Assembly (NCBI GenBank): GCA_044450345.1 | Contig: JBIOIY010000010.1 | Location: forward strand, 1 to 62,482 | DNA length: 62,482 nucleotides | Origin: Thermodesulfovibrionales bacterium | GTDB lineage: Bacteria; Nitrospirota; Thermodesulfovibrionia; Thermodesulfovibrionales; UBA6898 | Reading direction: 5' to 3' | Part shown: positions 17,724 through 25,699 of the stretch, piece by piece | Layout: each line of letters opens with the position of its first letter | Numbering within the stretch: position 1 is the stretch's first letter | The notes under the pieces: generated by a model | What the model was told of the DNA's origin: nothing | The model's database searches: none | The model's input: the letters and a program-made list of their open reading frames with translations, nothing else | Translations under genes and position numbers: made by a program

Positions 17724-19946
17724 ATGCGTAAACTGTATCGTTTACTCGGATTAGGGCTATTGGTCGGCTTATCTCTTCTGACCGGCTGCGGCGGAGGAGG
17801 AGGGGGCCAGCCTTCGACTGCGACGAGGGTCGGCTCTGCCACGTGCACAAATACATGCCATGCGTTCACCAAGGATATCACCGGCACGCAGATAGCTGTC
17901 GCCTGGGCCAATACTACTCATACCACCGACGGCAAGGTCCAGTGTGAGGACTGTCACGGCGCGGGAAGCCTGCACAGGGGAGTGGGAACTATCCCTTATC
18001 CAAACCCGCATGCTGCCCAGTGCGAAGTTTGTCATACGGATAAAAAAGGGTTTGACAGCACGTTCCATGCGAACTCGAATCCTTATAACGGTACAAACCC
18101 CAGTTCTTTTACAGGACCTGACAAGTTCTTCTTCCAGGGAGATGCCTTGAACAGCGGTACCGCCGAGATAATGAGTAAACCTGAATTCCTTCCCGACGGC
18201 ATTACTCCGGTAACGCATGCGCAGCATATCGAGGAATGTTCCCGCTGCCACAACCCGAACCAGCGTTTTGAATACAGCTATGCTGATGGGAGCGGGCCTC
18301 TGATTATGCCTGACCCTAATAACATGCCGGACCCGCCGAATATCACCTGTGCGGGCTGTCATGACGCTCATCAGCCTGAAACCAAGGTACCTATCGCTCA
18401 AAGAAACGACCCGGTGGCTTATCCAGTCTACCGGAAATTTTTTGTCAACCCCACCGGCGAGCAAAACGATAACGTCCCTGGGACGCAGCTTGCCGCCTCG
18501 ATCTACCAGCCCAACGGCGCTGTCCAGCAGGACGGATCGGTGGACATATCGAAGGTCGTCGGAACGAATAACGAGCTTAATATAGAGCTTCTCTGTGCCG
18601 CGTGCCATACGAAAGGGAAATATAAATACAGTCAGCTATCGACACATCAGAACGATGTTTATACAGAATGGAAGAACTCCGGACATGGGAATCGGAATGC
18701 CCCGGCGTTTGCCGAGTTTTCAGCCAACCCGCCCGCTTACACCAATCCTAATACCGGGATCCCGTACGCTGCGGGCGGTCACCAGAGTCTATGGCCCTAT
18801 GATATGGCTTTTAGTGGAGGCGCCTCGTTCAACGGGCCGGGCAAGGTAGGTGCAACCGCAAATACATCCCGGAATGCGGGGTTTGGCGGAACTAATGACA
18901 ATTATCCCTGCTACAGATGTCATAACGGGGTTGGATCTATCGCATTCCAGATGAATATCCAGGGGACGCCTTCCGCGCCGGTGGTTTTTGGCGATGAGCC
19001 TGTGGTATGTATTACCTGCCATGACCCGCACCAGGACTACCCCGGACAATCCAAGAACGTCCGGCAGCCGGTGATGATGACCAATTATTCGACAAGTTCC
19101 ATCACGATCCAGGGAAATGTCTTCCTCGACAAAACTCCCGTGCCGCTCGCCCAGACCGGCAACGGCACTATCTGCATCTTCTGTCATCAGGGCAGGGAGA
19201 GTGGCCTGACACTTTATGCCACGAAACTTGCCGCAGGCAAGACGATTACTGGAAATTTCTTCAATCCTCACTATCTCGGCACTGCAGCAATGCTCTGGGG
19301 AGTCAATGCCTATGAGTACTCGGGTCAGTTTTATAGCGCCAATGCGGCCCATCAGGGTGCAAACTGCCCGACCTGTCATATGAGCAATCCGACAGCAGAC
19401 AACCAAAACGGCGGCCATACGTGGAAACCGAATGTAGCGACCTGCAATGTCTCATCCTGTCACGGAGGAAGTTTAGGAAAGGTGGGCGTTCAAGCAGGTT
19501 CCGCGAGCCCGGATGTGGCAAGCTACAGGGCAAGCTCCGACACGAATAACTATACCGGCGATGCCAACGGGGCTTCGCTGTCTATAGCCGATTCAATCCG
19601 GGTGCTCCAGCAGAAGGTCATCGCAGTACTCCAGACCAAGGGGATCTTCTACAACGACCTGGTGTATCCTTATTTCTTTAGCGATGCGGCATCAACGACG
19701 ACCTTTACTGCCTGGACACCTTCTACGTACAAGGCAGCATTCAACCTCTCTTTTGCAGTGAAGGGACTCCCCTCCGCTGCAACCTCACAGGCCAACGTGC
19801 CGAATAATTCTGCCGCCGTTCATGACTATAAATACATTATCCAGCTCCTGCAGGACGGCCTTGCAGACTTGGGGGTACCTCTTCCCTCGAGTGCCGTCAG
19901 GCCTCTGGGGATACGGCCTGCGACTGTTTACGGCCCGGGTCAGTAA
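17724..19946 (+). CDS. Outer-membrane lipoprotein multiheme cytochrome, OmcB/OmcC-like, copy 2
   Basis: SD GAGGAGGG, lipobox LTGC, 9 CxxCH plus CTNTCH and CNVSSCH. Collinear paralog of copy 1, also ending in RPATVYGPGQ. Confidence 0.9.
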   Translation: MRKLYRLLGLGLLVGLSLLTGCGGGGGGQPSTATRVGSATCTNTCHAFTKDITGTQIAVAWANTTHTTDGKVQCEDCHGAGSLHRGVGTIPYPNPHAAQCEVCHTDKKGFDSTFHANSNPYNGTNPSSFTGPDKFFFQGDALNSGTAEIMSKPEFLPDGITPVTHAQHIEECSRCHNPNQRFEYSYADGSGPLIMPDPNNMPDPPNITCAGCHDAHQPETKVPIAQRNDPVAYPVYRKFFVNPTGEQNDNVPGTQLAASIYQPNGAVQQDGSVDISKVVGTNNELNIELLCAACHTKGKYKYSQLSTHQNDVYTEWKNSGHGNRNAPAFAEFSANPPAYTNPNTGIPYAAGGHQSLWPYDMAFSGGASFNGPGKVGATANTSRNAGFGGTNDNYPCYRCHNGVGSIAFQMNIQGTPSAPVVFGDEPVVCITCHDPHQDYPGQSKNVRQPVMMTNYSTSSITIQGNVFLDKTPVPLAQTGNGTICIFCHQGRESGLTLYATKLAAGKTITGNFFNPHYLGTAAMLWGVNAYEYSGQFYSANAAHQGANCPTCHMSNPTADNQNGGHTWKPNVATCNVSSCHGGSLGKVGVQAGSASPDVASYRASSDTNNYTGDANGASLSIADSIRVLQQKVIAVLQTKGIFYNDLVYPYFFSDAASTTTFTAWTPSTYKAAFNLSFAVKGLPSAATSQANVPNNSAAVHDYKYIIQLLQDGLADLGVPLPSSAVRPLGIRPATVYGPGQ

Positions 19947-19976
19947 CTAATATAAAAGTGTAATTTCGCATTCGCG

Positions 19977-20003
19977 CCCCGGAGTAATCCGGGGTTTTTT
20001 TTT
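19977..20003 (+). terminator. Intrinsic terminator after cytochrome 2
   Basis: CCCCGGA-GTAA-TCCGGGG plus T9; same core as the terminator after copy 1. Confidence 0.85.
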
Positions 20004-20042
20004 GGACACTAATTTTGGGATAGTCATTCTATAATAGATGGT

Positions 20043-21296
20043 ATGAAAGACATGCTTGGAAGAGTAAACGTGGTCTCTGCTGAGGCGGCGCTCAGGCTTT
20101 TGCTTGAGGGACTGCCTGTAAGGGTGCCGAATGTAATGCGGTTGCCTATAGAGGACACGCTGGGCATGATATGCGCGGAGGACGTGAAATCGATTGAAGA
20201 TCTGCCCCACTTTGCAAGGTCTACCGTCGACGGGTATGCGGTGACGGCGGAAGACACCTTCGGCGCCTCAGACGCGATGCCAGCGTATGTGACCCTCTCG
20301 AAGGAGATCTTCATGGGCGAGAGTCCCGGGGTCGTGGTATCCAGAGGGATTGCCTGCAAGATACCGACGGGAGGCATGCTGCCTCAAGGTGCGAATGCCG
20401 TGGTAATGTTCGAACATGTTCAGAGAGTGGACGAAACCATGATCGAGGTGCTCAGGCCTGTGGTGCCGGGTGAAAACGTGGTACAGCGCGGCGAGGACGT
20501 AAAAAAGGGAGAAATGGTCCTCCGGAGGGGCAGGAGGATAAGGCCCCAGGACATCGGCGCCTGTGCCGGTATCGGTGCGACTGGGCTAAAAGTGTATGAA
20601 AGACTCAAGGCGTCTATTATATCGTCAGGGGATGAGATCGTCCCCGCAGAAACGCCACCGGCCCCGGGACAGGTGAGGGACATAAACTCATATGTCCTCT
20701 CTGCGATGCTTTCTGCCGAGGGCGCAGTTCCGCTCAGGAAGGGAATATTCAGGGATGATTACAGGACGCTGCGGGCTGTTGTAGAAAATTCTTTGGATGA
20801 CTCGGACGTTATCATACTTTCCGGAGGCACCTCGGTAGGCACAAAAGACATGATAGCGAGGATAGTGGACGACATCGGGAATCCCGGTATCGTGTTCCAC
20901 GGCGTCTCTCTAAAACCCGGCAAACCTATGATAGGCGGACTGATCGGGAAGGTGCCTGTATTCGGTCTTCCGGGGCACCCGGCTGCCGTCAGTGTCTGCT
21001 TCGATGTATTTATCAGGCCGGTTCTGGAACGTATGTCGGGGATATCAGAGAAGTCCTTTGGGCATGGCAGGAACATGATAAGGGCGAGACTTTCAAAAAA
21101 CCTTTCATCCTCACAGGGAAGGGAGGAACATATACGGGTGATGATCGACGAAAGAGAAGACGGACTTTGGGCGGTGCCGGTACTCGGCAAATCAGGACTG
21201 ATTACGACGCTCGTGAAGGCTGACGGGACGATTGTGATACCGCTGAATATAAACGGGATGGAAGCGGGCGAGGTCGTCGACGTAATACTTTTCTAA
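20043..21296 (+). CDS. moeA: Molybdopterin molybdotransferase MoeA
   Basis: RSTVDGYAV, IPTGGMLPQGANAVVMFE, SSGDE, SGGTSVG, KPGKP and GLPGHP motifs. Confidence 0.95.
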   Translation: MKDMLGRVNVVSAEAALRLLLEGLPVRVPNVMRLPIEDTLGMICAEDVKSIEDLPHFARSTVDGYAVTAEDTFGASDAMPAYVTLSKEIFMGESPGVVVSRGIACKIPTGGMLPQGANAVVMFEHVQRVDETMIEVLRPVVPGENVVQRGEDVKKGEMVLRRGRRIRPQDIGACAGIGATGLKVYERLKASIISSGDEIVPAETPPAPGQVRDINSYVLSAMLSAEGAVPLRKGIFRDDYRTLRAVVENSLDDSDVIILSGGTSVGTKDMIARIVDDIGNPGIVFHGVSLKPGKPMIGGLIGKVPVFGLPGHPAAVSVCFDVFIRPVLERMSGISEKSFGHGRNMIRARLSKNLSSSQGREEHIRVMIDEREDGLWAVPVLGKSGLITTLVKADGTIVIPLNINGMEAGEVVDVILF

Positions 21297-21302
21297 GGCT
21301 TC

Positions 21303-22187
21303 ATGAAAATTGTCATATTTACAAGGACAGGCTTCCACCATACCAGTTTCATAAACAGGCTCCAGGAGAAGTTCGAAGTCGCATGCGTCGTGAGAGAGGC
21401 TTATCCGGAGATCTGCCGGGAAAGCAGGTTCCATGTAATGATGAAAAATGCCCTGAAACGGAACGGGCGGCAGAAGATAATGGACAGCCTCTACCTTAGG
21501 GAGTTTCACGAAAAATTCTCGGCAGGTTTCAGATATCATAGAAGACTGAAGGACTTTCTAAAGTCCCCCTTTGACCTTGTCATCGAGAGACCCGGTACGA
21601 AATATGTCAACGTGAAATGCGGGGAGATTAACATCGACGGTTTTGTCTCCTTCCTGGAAGGGCTCGGACCCGACCTCATCGCAGTGCTTGGAAGCAGCGT
21701 CATTACTCCCCGGGTAATTTCCATCCCCTTGCACGGTATGATCAACCTCCATTCAGGGCTTTCGCCGTATTACAGAGGTACATGGAGTTACGGGTGGCCG
21801 ATAGTGAACGGCGAGCCGGAGTATATCGGGGTGACCGTGCACCATGTGGACCCGGGCATCGATACAGGGGACATTATTTATCAGACGAGGCCGGTCCTGG
21901 ACGGACACGATGACCTGAACGCTATCTTCCTGAAAGTCATTGCAGAGGGAATAGAGCTTGTGACAGAGGCGATAGAAAAGATGCTAAATAAGGGGACGGT
22001 GGTGTCCTATAAGCAGGAAAAAGAGAACGGCAGGCTCTACCGCTCACGAGATCTTGATGCAGGTTTTGCGCGCCGCTGTCTGGCCAATCTCGAAGAGGGA
22101 GTTATCAGGAGATATAATGCCGGCAAGCTGGAGGCAGACGCAAAGGTGCCTCTCCTCGGATATGTTCCTCCGAAATTCTTCGCATGA
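21303..22187 (+). CDS. Formyltransferase-family protein
   Basis: INLHSGLSPYYRG and GVTVHHVDPGIDTGDI formyl-THF motifs. Confidence 0.85.
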   Translation: MKIVIFTRTGFHHTSFINRLQEKFEVACVVREAYPEICRESRFHVMMKNALKRNGRQKIMDSLYLREFHEKFSAGFRYHRRLKDFLKSPFDLVIERPGTKYVNVKCGEINIDGFVSFLEGLGPDLIAVLGSSVITPRVISIPLHGMINLHSGLSPYYRGTWSYGWPIVNGEPEYIGVTVHHVDPGIDTGDIIYQTRPVLDGHDDLNAIFLKVIAEGIELVTEAIEKMLNKGTVVSYKQEKENGRLYRSRDLDAGFARRCLANLEEGVIRRYNAGKLEADAKVPLLGYVPPKFFA

Positions 22188-23167
22188 ATGACGGCCCCTC
22201 ATACACTGTCCTTCTTTTTCATTCGATAGATGACCGCGTAAGATTGTCCCTGAAAAACCTGGGCAATATCCGTCCCGAGCCCTTTGAAAAGGTATGTACC
22301 GCTCTTAAGCAGGAGTTCGACGTGGTAGGAATCCGGGAACTCGTCGGACTTATTTCCGCTAGTGCGGAAAAACGGGGACGCTTTCTTGCAGTCACTTTCG
22401 ATGACGGCCCGAAATCATACGCCTTGAATGCGGTCCCGATATTGGAGTCGCTGAGAATAGCTTCGATCTGTTTTCTTATCACCGACTGCATAGGAGACAA
22501 GGCCATATACTGGAGACATCTCTATAACTACTGCATCAATGCCGGCTTCGGCAAGGACCTGGCGGCCCTGGTGAACGCCGAATACGGCGTCTCGATAAAA
22601 GAAGAAGATATCGTCAGCTTCACCCGGAGCAATTACAACAGAGAGAAAAACAGGCTGGTAATGGAGGGGATATCAAAACATATCATCGCAGAGAAGGAAT
22701 ACCTCGAAAAGGAAAATGAACTCTTTCTGGCGTATGAAGATATCAGGAGACTTAAGGAGAGTCCGCTCGTAGAATTCGGGATCCATACGCGCACCCACCC
22801 TGTCATGAAAGGGCTGGGCGATGAAGAGATACGCGACGAGATATCCGCGAGCGCTGCTCTTTATCGCGACAGGATCGGGGACGGCCGCCCGATGTTCAGT
22901 GTGCCCTTCGGCAGACTGTACAAGGATTACGACGAAAGGACAATCAAGGCCGCACTTGATCTTTCGATTGGTGTGATCTTTTCGGCGTACGGCGGAAGGA
23001 ATGGAAGGGGACAATCCCTTTACAACATCCGCAGGATACCTGTCCATGAAGGGCTGCTGGAATCCGGAGTCGGAAAATTTGTACGTTCCCTCTTTGATGC
23101 GGAGGCCGGACCGGAATACCGGGAGGCGGAAAAGAGATTGCGTGAATCAGTGGAACAGACGCCCTAA
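22184..23167 (+). CDS. Polysaccharide deacetylase (NodB/CE4)
   Basis: LFHS, VTFDDG, GIHTRTH and SVPFG motifs; ATGA overlap with the formyltransferase. Confidence 0.88.
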   Translation: MNDGPSYTVLLFHSIDDRVRLSLKNLGNIRPEPFEKVCTALKQEFDVVGIRELVGLISASAEKRGRFLAVTFDDGPKSYALNAVPILESLRIASICFLITDCIGDKAIYWRHLYNYCINAGFGKDLAALVNAEYGVSIKEEDIVSFTRSNYNREKNRLVMEGISKHIIAEKEYLEKENELFLAYEDIRRLKESPLVEFGIHTRTHPVMKGLGDEEIRDEISASAALYRDRIGDGRPMFSVPFGRLYKDYDERTIKAALDLSIGVIFSAYGGRNGRGQSLYNIRRIPVHEGLLESGVGKFVRSLFDAEAGPEYREAEKRLRESVEQTP

Positions 23168-23916
23168 GCTGTCTTCATCCGGTGCCTGAGTTTCCCCAGG
23201 TATTTGTTGATCGGATTGCTGCGGTCAAGAAAAGGTATTACCGGATTTTTTCGCCAACCGAGTTTAGCTGTATGGGACTGCAATTCCTTGTGTTTTGAAT
23301 CATGCTTTAATCCCTCGCGAAAAGCGTCAAGGGCGGCCTTTCTTTGATTGCTTGCCAGGTATGCCTTGCCGAGGTTCAGATAGAGGATAGGATAGAAAAA
23401 CTCTTTGTCTTCAGACGGCGTCTTGGACATGACCCTTATCGACTCCTCACAAATAGTGCATCCCTCTCTTTTCTTCTTTTCTACTACCGCTATAAGATAG
23501 CCCGAATGCGAGAGGAAAAAAGGATCTTCAGGGAAGAGTTGCAGCGCCTCTCTGGCCATCTCCAGGGCGCCTTTGCGGTTGCCTTTGCCGAGGCACATCT
23601 TCATCTCGTCCCCCAGCAGGGCCTTCGATTTTTTTGGTCTCTGAGTCTTTTGCGAACACCACTCCAGGGCGTCCTTGTGCTGCCTGTCCATTAACGCCTT
23701 GATCTTATCTTTCAGACCCGAGCCGGCGGCGAGATGTGCGTAGTCTGTCGTTCTGGTATCGACGATAGCGCCTTTATGATACGTCTTTGTGATGATTTTG
23801 CCGCTCTTTGCCCCCAAGTCTTCCGTCTGTATGAGGAAAGTGTTGCCGCCGACATCGATCTTATGGACGTAGGCGTCGGGTCGACTGCTCTTAATCTTCA
23901 GTTGTGAATTAACCAA
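23164..23916 (-). CDS. TPR-repeat protein
   Basis: C-terminal TPRs (LYLNLGKAYL...ALDAFREGLK) and a PVIPFLDRSNPINKYLG tail; AGGAGG before the TTG. Confidence 0.8.
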   Translation of the reverse strand: MVNSQLKIKSSRPDAYVHKIDVGGNTFLIQTEDLGAKSGKIITKTYHKGAIVDTRTTDYAHLAAGSGLKDKIKALMDRQHKDALEWCSQKTQRPKKSKALLGDEMKMCLGKGNRKGALEMAREALQLFPEDPFFLSHSGYLIAVVEKKKREGCTICEESIRVMSKTPSEDKEFFYPILYLNLGKAYLASNQRKAALDAFREGLKHDSKHKELQSHTAKLGWRKNPVIPFLDRSNPINKYLGKLRHRMKTA

Positions 23917-24013
23917 AACTTCCTCCTGATTGACTGAGTTCGGGGGGGAACGAAACGAAATACGCTCCTCTTTATTAATTTTTTTTATTATCAGAGAATA
24001 CTCGGCAGAATAC

Positions 24014-24029
24014 TGTGCTTGAGATCACA
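24014..24029. promoter_or_regulatory. Crp/Fnr-family-like site
   Basis: TGTGC-N6-TCACA in a divergent intergenic region, one mismatch from TGTGA-N6-TCACA. Confidence 0.35.
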
Positions 24030-24145
24030 AAAAACACTCTGCCGTTAATGCGTCATCCCACCTCGATGATAACATACGCATCCTGTCTCAAGAAGGAACA
24101 ATAAGAAAAAATCTCGCCGTCTGAGTTAAAATAAATCAGAGAGAG

Positions 24146-24233
24146 ATATCCCGAAAAGCCGAACCCCTCGAAAGAGGAGGGCGGAAAGCGGCGGGTCTTC
24201 TCAATATGAAGATGGCCGAGCTGCCGAAGGATT
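24146..24233 (+). ncRNA. c-di-GMP-I (GEMM-I) riboswitch aptamer
   Basis: GCCGAACC-CCTC-GAAA-GAGG-AGGGCGGAAAGC (P2 with GAAA tetraloop), then P3 GGGTCTTC...GAAGATGGCC and 3' GCTGCCGA, matching the GEMM consensus. Confidence 0.85.
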
Positions 24234-24262
24234 CAAATGTATCTTCGGCTTGCTCGGTTTTT
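24216..24262 (+). terminator. Riboswitch expression-platform terminator overlapping the aptamer 3' end
   Basis: CCGAGC-TGCCGAAGGAT...ATCTTCGGC-TTGCTCGG followed by TTTTT. Confidence 0.75.
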
Positions 24263-24302
24263 CGGTTATTACGAGGGGCGGTCGAAGGAAAGGAGGCGAC
24301 CC

Positions 24303-24602
24303 ATGGCAACTGCAACTATAAAAGAGGATATAGATGTCCGTAAGTACTGTGAAAGCGTATACAGGGAACTGAGCGAAATGAAGAAAAAGGCCTTCGGCCT
24401 TGTCTGTAGTGTTGAGACGACAACTGCCGCAGAAGAAGCGCGCCGACAGGAATATTTTGAATTGTTCGACCTGGTGGACTATATCGAGAAAAAGCTCGAG
24501 TCGCTCACGAAGGCGTGTCCTGCGGACTGGGGGAGCACAAAAGAAGAGATCGAAGGCAGCAAAAAGAAACTCGACAACGCTCTGGAGTGGTGGTACGGTT
24601 AA
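24303..24602 (+). CDS. Small helical hypothetical protein (99 aa), riboswitch-controlled
   Basis: AAGGAGG SD before the ATG at 24303; CPADW motif. The track's 24237 start lies in the riboswitch. Confidence 0.75.
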   Translation: MATATIKEDIDVRKYCESVYRELSEMKKKAFGLVCSVETTTAAEEARRQEYFELFDLVDYIEKKLESLTKACPADWGSTKEEIEGSKKKLDNALEWWYG

Positions 24603-24902
24603 TTTGCATAAACGGAGCGAGGAGTCGGGGCGGATTGATTAAAGCGGGGGGTTTTTTTGTTATTAAAAAGACTTTTTTTATGGTATTTTATTCCATTGGA
24701 AACTTTCAGCGCTGAGACCGGCTCCGGTACCGCAAGAGAGATTGTTCTGTGCCAGGGAGAGGCCGCTAAGAGGTCCCATCAAAACCTCTTCTCCCTCGAC
24801 GACTCTTGCTATTGTCTGAGCGGAGAGAGCATTGTAGCGTCCATCCTTTCAATCAATCTGGAGAATATCTCAAAGCTCCACATTTCAACGGGTTGGGAGG
24901 CA

Positions 24903-25187
24903 ATGCTTGAGATGGCGTTATGGACGACGGCGAGGCCGCTGGTCCATGATGTCATCGTTCTTCTCAAAAGGGCCGGCATAGGCGACGACGAAATCGGCCC
25001 CTTTAAAAAGTCCGAAGTGAACGACATCTTCCCCTGGCTTTATTACGGAAAGAGGTTTGATGTCCTGAGAAGGATCTGCAATACGGCAAAGACGAGGATA
25101 GATTTGAAACTCGAAAGAAAGAAACTTCTTGTCTACTGTCATCTCAGCATGGATGAGATGGGGAGGATTGTTGCCAGCAATCTCTGA
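24903..25187 (+). CDS. Hypothetical protein (94 aa)
   Basis: GGGAGG SD before the ATG at 24903; protein-like composition. Confidence 0.55.
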   Translation: MLEMALWTTARPLVHDVIVLLKRAGIGDDEIGPFKKSEVNDIFPWLYYGKRFDVLRRICNTAKTRIDLKLERKKLLVYCHLSMDEMGRIVASNL

Positions 25188-25699
25188 AAGTGCTGATCCG
25201 GCCCGGTCGGGGCTAAAAAAATCGAGACGACTAATCCTAAACCCCTTTAACGGGGATCTGTTCCTATGCATAAGAGGGGACTATCTTTTCGCTCATTCTC
25301 GTCCCGATAAATCGGGACTCCGAGGCTTTTGCCTCTTTATCTAAGAAAAACATAATTAGGTATATCGGCAAAAGAAACCGCTCAAAGACAGTCCCCTCTT
25401 GCATTTCTATCTTGAGAAAGAAAAGTTTTTGTCTGTTTATTCTCAATGGCAGTCTTATCTAACAAATTTGCTCTTGATTTCTGAACATTCCGCGTTGGAC
25501 TGTGTTTGAGCGGCTTCAATTTCTCGTATTTGCCGGCCGCAGGCAGGCGAGAAATTGCCTCGGAGCGTAGCGAGAATGAGCGAAAATACAGTCCAACGCG
25601 GGTGAATGAATAATCAGGATTAGCCTTCTCTGCCGTTGATTTAAAGGGAATAATCATTGATAATAGGGGAATGTTTCTATCTATAAAAAGGGAAATTAT

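Noticed and set aside
16298..18847. Diversity-generating retroelement TR/VR pair in the cytochrome paralogs
   Set aside because: There is no reverse transcriptase, and differences are not adenine-specific; paralogy explains the similarity.
24146..24233. 3',3'-cGAMP (GEMM-Ib) specificity
   Set aside because: The discriminating position reads G, not A, in my manual alignment, so c-di-GMP is favoured.
24903..25187. CbiD C-terminal-like domain
   Set aside because: Only a vague resemblance in the last 40 aa; cannot be supported without a search.
25264..25657. Minus-strand ORFs in the AT-rich spacer before moeA-PBP
   Set aside because: No SD or recognisable motif, and part of the sequence looks like degenerate repeat (GCAGGCAGGC, GGAGCGTAGCGA).
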